Translations under genes and position numbers: made by a program
In this document: positions 21,611 to 33,634 of the stretch, piece by piece
How the letters are laid out: each line of letters begins with the position of its first letter
Position numbering within the stretch: the stretch's first letter is position 1
NCBI GenBank assembly: GCA_963806535.1
Contig: CAWDYC010000011.1
Span: forward strand, 166,309-230,308
Source: Candidatus Bathyarchaeota archaeon
Lineage (GTDB): Archaea; Thermoproteota; Bathyarchaeia; Bathyarchaeales; Bathycorpusculaceae
Direction: 5' to 3'
Length of the DNA stretch: 64,000 bases
The notes under the pieces: model-generated
The model's input: only the letters and a program-made list of their open reading frames with translations
Databases searched by the model: none
Told to the model about the DNA's origin: nothing

Positions 21611-23233
21611 ATTAAACAGCGAACTGTTCTCTGCTTAATCATTGCACTAGTAGTTGCTGTTTATTTTATCAATGTAGGTTTTATTCAATCTGTTGGTTCC
21701 TGTTATGGTCCATGCATAACCGCCGACATAGACAAAACACAAGTTAACATTAATGGAACTGTCACAGTCACTGGGCAAGTGTGTCCTCCGGAACAAAATC
21801 TAACGATAAGAGTGGATTTTACAAGACCTGATTACAGCTATATAGAACAATACGTGTTAACTGATCCACAAACAGGAAATTTTTGTGTTACTCAAAAACT
21901 TGACATGCCTGGCTATTGGAATATATTTGCAGTAAACGGAGCCCTCTCCGATAGACTATACGCTCAGGTAAATGACCCATCCAATCCAAATTTCACGGCG
22001 CCCCCTCCAGCTATACCGTTAACTTACAAGCCAAACTACACAGTCTTTGTTGTGGCAACTACCTTGATAGCAATAGCTATTGTGGCGGTATCGTTAGGCT
22101 TAAAAAACAAAACAATAAAAATAAGTTCACTCAGATTAGCGGTTCAAATCGGCTTATTGTTTCTAATTTTCTTTGGTATATTCGTTGACCACCAGTACCT
22201 GTCGGTGCCAGCAGGTGAGATTTCACCTCATTCAAATTCATTTACAACTAATGTGTTTGGTGTATCGATGCCTGATGGACTTCCCGCACCGTTTTTCGCG
22301 TGCTTTTATCCATGTGGAGGAACCGTAACTTGCGCGTTGTGGCAAATTCAAACTTATATTTATCCGTTCTTTAACGTCGGAGGCGGCTGGGGTGTACATT
22401 ATGACTCCACGGGTATCGAAAGATTAGCAGTAGTTTTTGGAATTGTGATTGTTGCTGCAGTGATTCTTGGTAGGTTCTTCTGCGGTTGGGTTTGTCCTTT
22501 CGGTTTATATTTAGATTTAATGACTTATCTTAGAAAAATCTTAAAAATCAAACGAAGACTCTTTTCTGACAAGTTTAACAAGCAGCTTCATCAATTGAGC
22601 TATGTAATCTTAGCGGCTATAATCATAATCTCTGTAATTTTTGGTTCACAAGCAATCGCAGGATTCCAAATAGTTCCTGGAACCCAAAAAGGAGGACCTG
22701 TATGGGATTATTATTCATCGCCATTTTGCCAAGTTTGCCCAATGAAGCCATTTTGCATTTTAGCATGGACAGGCCTAGGCTTAATGAAGCCCGCTTGGAC
22801 AATTCAAACCACAACTGGCCAATTTTATCAACTTGGATTCTACTTAACATCCATAAACCTCATAATTTTGGGAATAGTGACCGTTGCAGCGTTCTTCTTC
22901 AGGCGCTCATGGTGCAGAATCTGCCCTCTAGGCGGCTTAATAGCTTTATTCAATAGATTCCCTCCATTCAAGTGGATTTCAGGAGTACGTTTAAACAAAA
23001 ATGAGGAGAAATGCAGCAAATGCGGCATATGCAAACGGGTTTGCCCAAGCCAAGAGAAAAATGTCTACGAGCAGAATAAAGGTGATGTAGCCTCTTCACA
23101 ATGTATTTGGTGTTTGCGTTGCGTTGAGATGTGCCCGAATGAGGATTGTTTACAATTCAAATTTGCAGGAAAGACAGTTTGCAAGTCAAGGAACTGGCTT
23201 AACAATTCAAATAAGGAAGTAGTAACAGACTAG
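21611..23233 (+). CDS. NapH/MauN-like membrane 4Fe-4S protein with N-terminal extracellular domain
   Basis: FCGWVCP, WCRICP and two CxxCxxCxxxCP motifs; frame extends upstream to ATT 21611 through a signal peptide. Confidence 0.85.
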   Translation: MKQRTVLCLIIALVVAVYFINVGFIQSVGSCYGPCITADIDKTQVNINGTVTVTGQVCPPEQNLTIRVDFTRPDYSYIEQYVLTDPQTGNFCVTQKLDMPGYWNIFAVNGALSDRLYAQVNDPSNPNFTAPPPAIPLTYKPNYTVFVVATTLIAIAIVAVSLGLKNKTIKISSLRLAVQIGLLFLIFFGIFVDHQYLSVPAGEISPHSNSFTTNVFGVSMPDGLPAPFFACFYPCGGTVTCALWQIQTYIYPFFNVGGGWGVHYDSTGIERLAVVFGIVIVAAVILGRFFCGWVCPFGLYLDLMTYLRKILKIKRRLFSDKFNKQLHQLSYVILAAIIIISVIFGSQAIAGFQIVPGTQKGGPVWDYYSSPFCQVCPMKPFCILAWTGLGLMKPAWTIQTTTGQFYQLGFYLTSINLIILGIVTVAAFFFRRSWCRICPLGGLIALFNRFPPFKWISGVRLNKNEEKCSKCGICKRVCPSQEKNVYEQNKGDVASSQCIWCLRCVEMCPNEDCLQFKFAGKTVCKSRNWLNNSNKEVVTD

Positions 23234-23251
23234 AATTAGTGACAAACTACA

Positions 23252-24205
23252 ATGGGAGCAAAATTGTCGGTTAAGAAAGGTTTTTTTGCGTTTCTTTTAC
23301 TGCTAACACTGTCATCCTTAATCTTTATAAGCACAGTGCGTTCGCAGACTTCACCTACAACCATTTTCATCCAGTCAGACGGCAATATTAATCCACAAAA
23401 CATTCCCATACAACGTAACGGAGATACTTACACTTTCACTGGTAACATTAATGACCCAATCCTTGTACAAAAAAGCAACATCATGCTCGATGGCGCTGGC
23501 TATTCCTTAATGGGAACTTTGAGCGAAGAGCAAAAAAATTCTGAACCAATTTTAGGTCTAGGTCCAAACACCACATTTTCAGTATTGTACGTAATCGGTA
23601 TCGATCTTGATAAGAACGTTAGTGGTGTAACAATCAAGAACTTAAACGTTGGCAACTTCAGCGTTGGAATATATGTCCGAACAACCCACAACACTCTGAT
23701 TGACAACAGAATTTCAGACAATATAGTTGGCATACTACTTTCAGGCTCATCAGACACTTTAAGCAAAAACTACATTGACAACAATAAGCAGGGTCTCTTT
23801 TTCGGCTTCCAACAAATAAATGGAAGTGCAAATAACATACCTTCAGACATAAAAGTTAGCCAAAACAGCTTTGTCAACAATAGCCAGCAACTTAGCGGTT
23901 GTGTGTGCAAGCAATACAATTTTAGTGAACTCAAACATTCTTGGGATGATGGCAAGCAAGGAAACTTTTGGAGCAATTACAACGGAACCGACAGTGATCA
24001 CGATGGCATTGGCGATACCCCATACATAATTGATGTTTTAAATCAAGATCGCTACCCATTAATACAGAGTCTTGCTTCGCCACCTATACCATCGCATTCT
24101 ACGCAAATTCCAACTGAGCTTATTATCATCGGGATTACTGTACCCTTAATCGTAGTTATAGCGGTGGTTTTTCTATTGAAAAGAAGAAAGAATGTTAAGA
24201 TTTAG
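23252..24205 (+). CDS. NosD-like parallel beta-helix surface protein
   Basis: N/G-I repeats, GNFWSNYNGTD..DGIGDTPY..DRYPL and C-terminal TM helix. Confidence 0.85.
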   Translation: MGAKLSVKKGFFAFLLLLTLSSLIFISTVRSQTSPTTIFIQSDGNINPQNIPIQRNGDTYTFTGNINDPILVQKSNIMLDGAGYSLMGTLSEEQKNSEPILGLGPNTTFSVLYVIGIDLDKNVSGVTIKNLNVGNFSVGIYVRTTHNTLIDNRISDNIVGILLSGSSDTLSKNYIDNNKQGLFFGFQQINGSANNIPSDIKVSQNSFVNNSQQLSGCVCKQYNFSELKHSWDDGKQGNFWSNYNGTDSDHDGIGDTPYIIDVLNQDRYPLIQSLASPPIPSHSTQIPTELIIIGITVPLIVVIAVVFLLKRRKNVKI

Positions 24206-24258
24206 CTTTCCGCTATCTTTTTAATATAAATGCTGATTACGGATAAGCGGTAATTGAA

Positions 24259-24834
24259 ATGAAGGTTGTTGCTTTTAATGGGAGCGCGCGGAAAGATGGA
24301 AATACAGCAATTTTGATTCGCCACGTTCTTGAAGTACTTGAGAAAGAAGGAATAGAAACTGAATTAATACAGCTGTCTGGCGAGCAGATTCACGGTTGCA
24401 TGGCATGTGGAACCTGCCGCAAAATTAAAAACAAAGAATGCAAGATTGTAAACGATAACGTTAACTTATACATTCAGAAAATTGCTGAATCAGATGGGTT
24501 AATACTTGGGTCACCTACATATTTTTCAATGATGTCTCCTGAGTTGAAAGCCCTTATTGATCGTGCAGGATTTGTTGCAAGATCAAATGGTGACTTGTTC
24601 AAACAAAAAGTTGGTGCTGCAATTGTTGCAGTTCGAAGAGCTGGCGGAATTCCAACCTTTGATGCCATAAACCACTTTTTCCTCATCAATCAAATGATAG
24701 TTCCAGGTTCATCATACTGGAATGTCGGTTTCGGCTTAAACATGGGTGACGTTGAAAAAGATGATGAAGGCATAAAAACTATGGAAGATTTGGGCAGAAA
24801 CATGGCGTGGTTACTCAAAAAACTAAAACCTTAA
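24259..24834 (+). CDS. Iron-sulfur flavoprotein (flavodoxin-like)
   Basis: GSARKDGNT, CxxCxxC-x6-C and GSPTYF. Confidence 0.9.
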   Translation: MKVVAFNGSARKDGNTAILIRHVLEVLEKEGIETELIQLSGEQIHGCMACGTCRKIKNKECKIVNDNVNLYIQKIAESDGLILGSPTYFSMMSPELKALIDRAGFVARSNGDLFKQKVGAAIVAVRRAGGIPTFDAINHFFLINQMIVPGSSYWNVGFGLNMGDVEKDDEGIKTMEDLGRNMAWLLKKLKP

Positions 24835-24950
24835 CTAAGCAGCTTTGACAACTATTTAGATTTTCTGTAGAATCATATTTCGACCTTTCATCAAGCCAAG
24901 AAGGTAGAATGTGGAGAAGAAGAAAGGATGAAAAGAATTGAGAACATTTC

Positions 24951-26585
24951 TTATTTCATTATTGCTTTAAGATCTTCATCAGCAGTTTTGATAGGCATTA
25001 TATTGAACTTTTCCACTAACACATTTAGAATGTTAGGTGTTATGAATGCTGGTAAGCTTGGTCCTATTCGTATGTCTTTTATTCCAAGATACAGCAATGA
25101 AAGCAGTATGGCAACGGCTTTTTGTTCATACCATGACAGCACCAGTGAAAGCGGTAAATCGTTAACTTCTACACCAAAAGCATCCGCTAAGGCTTGAGCA
25201 ATTTTAACAGCTGAGTAAGCGTCATTGCATTGTCCGATGTCTAGCAGTCTTGGGATGTCATCAATTGTTCCAAGTTCTTTGTCGAAGAATCTGAATTTTC
25301 CACAGGCCAATGTTAGGATAATCGTGTTTTTTGGTGCTTTTTCAACTAATTCTGAGTAGTAGCTTCTGCCTGGTTTAGCGCCATCACATCCGCCAACTAA
25401 AATGAATCGTTTGATATGGCCGTTTTTGACTGATGCTATGACTTTATCGGCTACATTTAAAACAGCGTTTCTGCCAAAACCTACCAATACCGTTTTACCA
25501 TCCACGTCTTCTGCAAATCCAGACAATTCCAAAGCTTTCCCAATGACAGGAGAGAAGTCATTACCATTTAGGTGAGGCACTTTTGGATATGCGACAGGTC
25601 CCGAAGTGAAAATTTTGCCGCTGTAACTTTCTAGGGGTTTTTGGATACAATTCGTTGTCATCAATATGGCTCCAGGGAATTGTGCAAATTCCTTTTGCTG
25701 GTTAAACCATGCTGTTCCGTAATGACCGTAGAAATGAGGGTACTTTTTGAGACCTGGGTACCCGTGGGTGGGAAGCATTTCGCCGTGAGTGTAAACGGTA
25801 ATGTCTTTTCCTTCACTCTGTTTCAGGATATTTTCAAGGTCGATTAGATCATGTCCCGAAACAAGTATTGCTTTTCCTTTTTTGTGACCAAGAGGCACTT
25901 TTGTAGGTACAGGGTGTCCATATTTTTCAGTGTTTCCTGCGTCAAGAAGTTCCATTGCACGTATGTTGATTTCACCACATTTGAAAACTAAAGCAACCAA
26001 ATCACTAACACTAAGTGAATTGTTCAGCGGAGCCGCTAAACCTTCATGAATAAAATTGAAGACTTTGTTGTCTTTCTTTCCAAGAAGGTAGGCATGATAC
26101 GCATAGGCGGCCACTCCTTTTAACCCGTAAGTTAACAACCATTGAAGCGAATGCAAGTCAGGGTCTATTTTTGGGTCAGAGTTTATTCCAAAGTGCTTTC
26201 CCTGTTCAACTAAACCTGCAGTCGTCTTTTCCAGCTGCAAACTAGATGCAGCTCTGACGGCAACTTGTTTTTCTTGCAGCTTTAAACGCAAATGATCTTG
26301 CAATTGTGCCGTTTTTCTTATGTATCCAGCTATTGATTCAGGGTCAAAGTTTACGTTTGTTAAAGTAGCGAACAATGCTTCACAAGTGAAAATATCAATT
26401 TTTTCGTCATTAATCCCAGTTTTGTTTGCCTCAACTGATAGTTGGCTTAGGCCTCTGAGCATGTATACAAGCAAATCTTGGAGCGATGAAACGTCAGCTG
26501 TTTTACCGCAGACACCTGCTACTGTGCAGGCTTGCCCTTTGGCTGTTTGTTCACATTGATAACAGAACATTTGATTTTGACTCAT
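24951..26585 (-). CDS. hcp: Hybrid cluster protein (hydroxylamine reductase)
   Basis: MFCYQCEQT..C...GVCGK, SGHDL, HGEMLP, GGCDG and SWYEQKA. Confidence 0.97.
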   Translation of the reverse strand: MSQNQMFCYQCEQTAKGQACTVAGVCGKTADVSSLQDLLVYMLRGLSQLSVEANKTGINDEKIDIFTCEALFATLTNVNFDPESIAGYIRKTAQLQDHLRLKLQEKQVAVRAASSLQLEKTTAGLVEQGKHFGINSDPKIDPDLHSLQWLLTYGLKGVAAYAYHAYLLGKKDNKVFNFIHEGLAAPLNNSLSVSDLVALVFKCGEINIRAMELLDAGNTEKYGHPVPTKVPLGHKKGKAILVSGHDLIDLENILKQSEGKDITVYTHGEMLPTHGYPGLKKYPHFYGHYGTAWFNQQKEFAQFPGAILMTTNCIQKPLESYSGKIFTSGPVAYPKVPHLNGNDFSPVIGKALELSGFAEDVDGKTVLVGFGRNAVLNVADKVIASVKNGHIKRFILVGGCDGAKPGRSYYSELVEKAPKNTIILTLACGKFRFFDKELGTIDDIPRLLDIGQCNDAYSAVKIAQALADAFGVEVNDLPLSLVLSWYEQKAVAILLSLLYLGIKDIRIGPSLPAFITPNILNVLVEKFNIMPIKTADEDLKAIMK

Positions 26586-26854
26586 ATTTTTTACCTTTGG
26601 ATCTAATAAGTTTATTTGTAGATAGCTATTGTCCCTAACATTTAAGGGATTTAAGAAATTTTTTTATGTCGAGGTGTTGCGAACTAAATACGTGGTGCAT
26701 TGGTTCAAAATCTTGATCATTATTTATCAAAGGTATCTGATGTTCGTTGACTCTATTTTCATTTTGATTGAAATATAAGGATTTCTGAGTTTTGCTTCTT
26801 TTGTTTTTCTGGAGCCCGATCAAACTCTTTGAAGAACAGAAAAAAGGAACCGTA

Positions 26855-27859
26855 TCAGAATGTTGATATGGTTTGTTGTGGCGTCGGCCAACAATCGGGA
26901 ATTTTCCTCACACTAGCTTCAACCTTAGTTATGCCGCTGATTCTGGCTATCTCATCTTGTATGGCAAATGATTCAGAAATGTCTCTAGTCAATGCAGTTG
27001 CTTGGATGTCATAATCGCCGCTTGTTTTCGTAATAATTACTATGTCAGGTATTTCCATAAGTGACTCAAAAACCGAGTTGGATAGTCTACCCGGAGCTGC
27101 AAAAGCTATGTTGAAATCTAATATTGAGGAGTATCCAATCTTATACGGATCTATTTGAATTGATACTTTCATAGAACCTCTTTCTTTGAGGCTATTGTAC
27201 CTTCTTATGACTGTTTCTGTAGACACCCCTATTTGTTTGCCGATTTGAGTAAACGAGGCGCGACCATCCAATGTTAGCTTCGCCATGATTTGTTTATCCA
27301 GTTCATCAATTGACGTTTCTGTTTTTGGAGCACTAAATATTTTGTTTGGATCTTTTTGGTTATATTTATCAATTTTTTTTAGAATACCTGTAAGGTTCAG
27401 GTTTTCAGGAATGTTCCTAACGCCAGTCCAAATATAAGTCTTCAAACCTATGGTCGGTAATCTCTGCTTTATCATCTGCTTTACTTGGTCTAGCTCATTT
27501 AAGTCCATTAAAGATGCGTATGCTCTGACATTGTAAGCACTATTATACTGTTGGAAGGCATTTACCTCAGTCATTTTTTGTATAAGTTCCATTACACGTT
27601 TTATTTGATCTGCATTTACGCTTATGAGAAGAGTTGCGATTGCTCCAAGCCCAAAATGACTAAAATTTATTTGAACTGTTGCACCTTTAATTATGCCTTT
27701 TTTTTCTAATAACCTGCAACGTTTCCAAGCCACGTTTTTTGTAACTTTGCACTCTTCTGCCAATTTATCATACCCAGTCCGACCATCTTTTAGCAGAATT
27801 TTCAATATCTTAGCGTCAAGTTCTTTGAGTTTGGCAGGCGGTTTCCATTTCTGCGGCAT
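26855..27859 (-). CDS. Double Lrp/AsnC transcription regulator
   Basis: Two HTH+RAM units (LDAKIL..DGR; LDKQIM..DGR). Confidence 0.9.
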   Translation of the reverse strand: MPQKWKPPAKLKELDAKILKILLKDGRTGYDKLAEECKVTKNVAWKRCRLLEKKGIIKGATVQINFSHFGLGAIATLLISVNADQIKRVMELIQKMTEVNAFQQYNSAYNVRAYASLMDLNELDQVKQMIKQRLPTIGLKTYIWTGVRNIPENLNLTGILKKIDKYNQKDPNKIFSAPKTETSIDELDKQIMAKLTLDGRASFTQIGKQIGVSTETVIRRYNSLKERGSMKVSIQIDPYKIGYSSILDFNIAFAAPGRLSNSVFESLMEIPDIVIITKTSGDYDIQATALTRDISESFAIQDEIARISGITKVEASVRKIPDCWPTPQQTISTF

Positions 27860-27927
27860 ATACTCTTACTGATAAAACTGCCAAATTATTGTAGTTTTTG
27901 GCTATTTTAAGCGGCTAGTACCCTTTT

Positions 27928-28908
27928 CTAAAAAGTTGAGATGTATTGCCTCGGTGTGGGCCATTTTTCCCAATCTTCACCAAATCTCCGGAGTTCGACG
28001 TCGACTTTTGTTATTCCTTGGATTTTTCCAATCTCTTCCTGAATGGAAAGCAGCCGATCCAAATCTTGAACCATTGCATATATTTGCAGATCGTAGTCTC
28101 CCGTCGTTTTCATAATACTTATAATATCAGGTATGTTGCTTATTTTATCGATAATAATGCCTGATTTTTCATCAGATGTAACGGCAAAAAAAACGCATAA
28201 GGCGCGGTAACCAATTTTATTCGGGTTGACCTGTATTGTGACTTTTAAAGCACCATTGTTTTTTAGTTTTTCATATCTCCTTTTGGCAGTGTGAGGCGAA
28301 AGTCCAATCTTCGTGCCTATCGTTTCCATCGGCATCCGACCGTTTTCAGCCAGTAAGTCTGCTATTCTCAGGTCAATCTCGTCGATGCACGAATTTGTTT
28401 TTTCCTTATTCTTAATCGTATGACTGATAGAGACCTCATTTTTCTTCCTGCAATTCTCTGTAATTGCAAGGTTATAGTTCATTTCCTTTACATCGGTCCA
28501 TATCGCAGTTTTCGTTTCTAGGATCGAAAAATTGCTCTTGATGCTATCTTTGATTTCGTTAAGTTGCTCAAGCGTTTTAAGAGTCGTAATAACATCTATG
28601 CTCCCTTGGACTCCCCTATTGTAAACGGCGTAAACGACGAGCATTTTTTGCAAGTATTCAATAAGTTGATCTTCTTGGCGGAAGTCTACATTAATCAACA
28701 TGTGGGCAACAGCTTTGTAGCCAAAAAGTTTGTAGTTGATGTGTGTTGTTGCGCCTGTAATTATGCCAGTTCTTTCCATTTTGAAGTAATTTTTCTTGAC
28801 AGTTTCTTTAGAAAGGTCTGTAGCTTGAGCAATTTCTTGTACGCTTTTGCGTCCGTCAACTAGTAACTGTTTAAGAATTTTCGCTTGAACTTCACTTAAC
28901 TGTTTAAT
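27928..28908 (-). CDS. Double Lrp/AsnC transcription regulator, paralog
   Basis: Frame extends upstream through the first HTH (AKILKQLLVDGRKS) to ATT 28908; same C-terminus P..Q.ISTF. Confidence 0.88.
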   Translation of the reverse strand: MKQLSEVQAKILKQLLVDGRKSVQEIAQATDLSKETVKKNYFKMERTGIITGATTHINYKLFGYKAVAHMLINVDFRQEDQLIEYLQKMLVVYAVYNRGVQGSIDVITTLKTLEQLNEIKDSIKSNFSILETKTAIWTDVKEMNYNLAITENCRKKNEVSISHTIKNKEKTNSCIDEIDLRIADLLAENGRMPMETIGTKIGLSPHTAKRRYEKLKNNGALKVTIQVNPNKIGYRALCVFFAVTSDEKSGIIIDKISNIPDIISIMKTTGDYDLQIYAMVQDLDRLLSIQEEIGKIQGITKVDVELRRFGEDWEKWPTPRQYISTF

Positions 28909-29143
28909 CTAGTCCACATTTCCTTTTTAGGGTTCATGTGTTTTCCATCAATTTAAATTCACCGATGAAACGCTTGGTTTTTCTTCTGAATGATTTTTTC
29001 CCACTCCAGATTGTGTTTCTAGTATTATCGCCATTTTTTTCTATAAATTGGCTATTTCATTTAGTATTTTCTGCAGTTCTACAAAGTCTTATAAAGGCTT
29101 ATTCAATATAGAGAAACTGATTTCAAAAGGAGAAAAGAAAAAA

Positions 29144-31802
29144 ATGATTTTTACAAGAAATAAAACTGCGGCAATTACAATAGCAATTTTCTTGATGGCA
29201 TCGATGTCAGCTTCAATGATTCTCGTACCAAGCGCAGGCGCTCACACACCTCCGTGGCAAATACCCACATTCGCCTACATCAACGCATCACCTAACCCTG
29301 TTGGCGTTGGGCAAGGCGTTGAGGTCATAATGTGGATAAACTGGGTTATAGATGGCGCTAGTACTGCTAACAATGTTCGATTCCAAAACTATGCGTTAAC
29401 CATAACTGATCCAAATGGAAAAGTTACAACACAAAATTATCCAATCGTTTCTGACACCACATCGGCACAAGATTATTTCCTTCATTCCGGACGTAATCGG
29501 TACCTACACGCTTAACTTCACTTTCCCAGGCCAAATATACACTTATACGACGCCAGTCTCAGGCTTATTCGGTGGTCCTCCATCCCCAAGTCAATACATT
29601 AACGACACCTATCTAGGCAAGTACTGCCCAAACAACACTCACAGTTCAGCAAACACCAATCTCCAACTTAGCCTTAAACCCACTTCCAACCAACTACTGG
29701 ACAAGGCCAATCTACGGTAGTAACCCTAACTGGGCTGTTATCTCGTCAAACTGGCTAGGCACCGGTGCACCAGGATATCAAGGCTGGAATGTCTCCCCTA
29801 ATTTAGGCGGCAACGGCGCAATATTAAATGGAAATAACGGCGACCCTGTAGGTTCATTGACTGGTCACATAATGTGGACTAAGCCATTGCAAGCAGGCGG
29901 AGTAGTCGGCGGCAACCAAAGCATAATCCCAGGTGTTACATACTTTGAAGGCTCAGCTTACTCTCAAAGATACGTGAATCCGATAATAATGGAAGGGCTG
30001 CTCTATTACACAGCGCCATTGGGTTACAATGGACCTAGCTCGGGACCCACTGTCTGTGTCAATCTGCAAACAGGACAGGTATTATGGTCTACGAACTGAT
30101 GTTCCTGCACTATCATTCGGCTACATATATGACCAACAAAACCAAAACCAACACGGAACTTGGCCACCAATGCTATTCACTTAGTAACCTGGCGAGCATT
30201 CGATGCGTTTACAGGAAATCCACTATTCAACTTGACAAACGTTCCAAGTGGAACAACCCTGCTTGGTCCACAAGGCGAACACCTGATAATTAGCAGAGTC
30301 AACAAAGGCAACGCAACAAATCCGAACTACTATCTACAAGAATGGAACTCATCCAGATTGTGGTTTAATGCCAATAACTTTGGCACGCTATTTACGGCCT
30401 CAAACGCCCCGGCAATCACAGATGCAAGCAATGCGTTGTTTTTCGATTGGAATGTCTCCGTGTCATATCTTAACACCGCTGGAGCTGTGACACAAGTTGG
30501 AGGAATCACAAATGATGTACTATTATGCTACAGTGGCACTCTACCTGGATTAGGCGCAACATTCATGGGTTCACAGAGCTCAACACCATACACGTACTTC
30601 ACGCTCAACATAAACGGAGCTTCAGCCTCACTAGGTCAAGTTCTATGGCACCAAACTTACAATCCACCACCAAACAACTTAACAGTTCTTGAAGCCGGAA
30701 TCGACCCTGTAAACCGAGTATTCGTTGAAAACTATAGGGAAGCTAATAATTTTGTAGGTTACAGCTTAGACACTGGTGCAAAAATATGGGGACCCACTGC
30801 ATCTCAACCAAGCCTTGACTACTACGGTAGTCCAGCATCAGGCAGTTTGGCAACGGACTTTTGCTTATGGAAAACTATACAGTTCTGCATACGCTGGAGT
30901 AGTCTACTGCTATGACACAACGAACGGCAATCTGCTTTGGACTTATGGAAATGGCGGTTCAGGCAATACTACCAATTCTGGTCTTGAAACACCTTTCGGA
31001 CACTATCCAACCTTCATTAACGCAATCGGCAACGGAGTCGTATATACTGTAACCACTGAGCACACTATTGAAACACCCTTGTTCAAGGGATCATTGGCTC
31101 GAGCAATAAACGCTACCACCGGACAGGAAATCTGGACTGTTTCAGGTTACACCGGAGAATTCACAACTATGAGCTACGCTATGGCTGATGGCTACAACAC
31201 TTGGTTCAACGGCTATGACAACTCAATTTACGTTGTCGGCAGAGGACCAAGCGCAACTACAGTACAAGCACCACTTACATCTGTCAACGTCGGCGACAAA
31301 ATCGTCATTCAGGGCACGGTAATGGACAAATCTACAGGCACAACACAAACTCAACAAGTAGGCAACTTTCCAAATGGAGTTCCAGTTTCATCCGATGCTA
31401 GCATGCGAGAATGGATGGGCTATGTCTATCAGCAGCAACCAGAACCAACCAACTTCACTGGCGTCACAGTCAGTTTAAGCGTGGTTGATTCAAACAACAA
31501 CTTCCGAAGCATTGGCACAGCCACAACAGACGCAAGCGGAACATACAACCTTAATTGGGCACCAGATATACCAGGCAGCTACACATTATACGCTGAATTC
31601 GGCGGCACAAACGGTTACTACCCCATCATTTGCCGAAACACACGTCTACGCTACTTTAGTAGAACATCCAACAACGACACCCACCGCAACGCAGAATTTC
31701 GCAACACCCTCGGACCTATTATTGTACTTGGCAGTTGTAGCAATTGCTATAATCGTTGCAATAGCCGTAGTCGGTGCACTGATACTCAGAAAACACGCAT
31801 AA
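29144..31802 (+). CDS. PQQ-like beta-propeller cell-surface protein, paralog 2 (several indels)
   Basis: Collinear with paralog 1 (NASPNPVGVGQ, NGYDNSIY, FPNGVP, WAPDIPG); RKHA tail. Confidence 0.8.
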
Positions 31803-31952
31803 AACAAACACTTTCCTTTTTCTTTTTTTTGTTCAATTTTATAACATCATAAAAGCTATTTTGGTAATTACATTTCTTTTTTTATCTATCAACTCGCATT
31901 ATTATTGCAGGAAAACAATTTCCTGAAAACGAAATTCATTAAACTTCTTACT

Positions 31953-33465
31953 TCAGGGAATTACTCTATTTGCTTTAAGCAGCCGCCTCTTAGCCACATA
32001 AAGAATTACCACGGAAACTAAGATTGCTATGATTGTCGCTGAAAGTAAAAGAGGCAAAGTTGAAAAAACCTCTTCGGAGGAGCTTTGGCTAATGGACCAG
32101 ATTCTCATGTCAGGATCACATAATTCTGTTGAAGGATATGCATCCGCAACTTACTATCTCGACTTTTCCATCATTATTCAAATCGGCTGTCGCCGACATT
32201 CCAGACACTAACACCTTCGGCTAAAGTCCAATCGGTCGCTCTCTTTCAGTGTCAAAGTTTTTCCGTCCCAGCTCCAGACACCAACTTGCCCGCGATCTGG
32301 GCTGGTAGCATTCGTGTTGAAGCTCCCATAAGGAGCCAACATCCCACCGGTAACAATTTCTACTGACGAATCGCTGTCCACATTGCCTAAAGAAATACAC
32401 AGAACTTCAGTAATATCATCATTTATCCATTCTCGACTGCTAAGCAGATTCAAAGCGCTTCCGGTCCAATTCCAAATTCTTAGTTGACCTTCAGCTTTGC
32501 TGCCATCATAAGTGAACCCACCTGTCACTATCTCTGGAACCCCATTTCCATCCACGTCACCTACTTTCAAATTATTGACAACCGTGTTTCCTAAAATGCC
32601 TCCGGCGATATTTGGAGCGTAGCCTCCTGATTGCATTTGCCATTCCTGATGAGCTTTTAGCGATAATGTTGTTCCTTTCAAATACCAAATACAGAGCTTG
32701 CCCCTTGCTGTCATTCAGATCGCCAGAATAGCCAGCAGTGAAAATCTCAATTTGGCCATCTTTGGTCACATTTGAAACGTAAACTGAACTGGAACTTTTC
32801 ACGTTAGCAGCATCTAACGACCAATTATTATCCAAAATCAAGGTTATTTCCCTCCAAATGCCATAGGAAAAGCTTAGCTGTACGCTGAGAATCTGCATCA
32901 AAGCTTCCAGTTGCAAATATTCCAGGCATGCCTTTATTGTTTAAGGCGCTAACAAAAATGGAGCTAACTGAAATCCCTTCATAATGTGCTTCTAAACTAA
33001 ACGCGCCATTGCTCCAATGCCAAACTCTAAGAGAACTGAAAATTCCTGATGTCATTCGTAAACAATCCACCTGTGATAATCTCTTTTGCGCCATCATCTA
33101 TCGACATCTGCAGCATAAACGACTTCGATGGTGCCTGGCCATTTGCAACTTGATTTGAGCGTAAAGTTTTGTCCGTTCCAATTCCACGTTGTAAGTGGGG
33201 CTTGCATCGGTGTTCTTGAACCATTAATTATGCTGTACGTGAAGCCTCCAACTATTATTTCATTAATGCCATCGCCATCTACATCGGCTATGAAAAGGTC
33301 ATTTGGTCCATGGTCACATGTACCACCCACTCCATAAGTGTCCCAATGCTGTTCACTGTGTAGAACGAACTTGTTTTGCGCTTCGACATTACAAACTACA
33401 GTTAACGACAAAAGTGAGAAAACCAAGAATGAAGTAACCAGATATTTCCATGTGCTATCGTTCAT
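31953..33465 (-). CDS. FG-GAP/VCBS-like repeat surface protein (several indels)
   Basis: Repeated DVDGDGxxEIxxGG, signal peptide and C-terminal TM helix. Confidence 0.75.
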
Positions 33466-33634
33466 TGTAAATCCATCTCCAATAGCCCACAAAGAAAAGA
33501 TATAGCTGAAAAGTCTTTAATAGATTTGCTATCGAAAATTAATTTGCATTTTTCTTCGCAATACGAAAACCGTATTACTGAGTCAATCGTAAAAGTGGTT
33601 AGTAAAAAAACCCAACTTTCTGACTTACAAATAT

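Noticed and set aside
26713-26730. TTGAT...ATCAA upstream of hcp as an FNR box
   Set aside because: The spacer is 8 nt rather than 4, the context is AT-rich and no Crp/Fnr gene is in the window.
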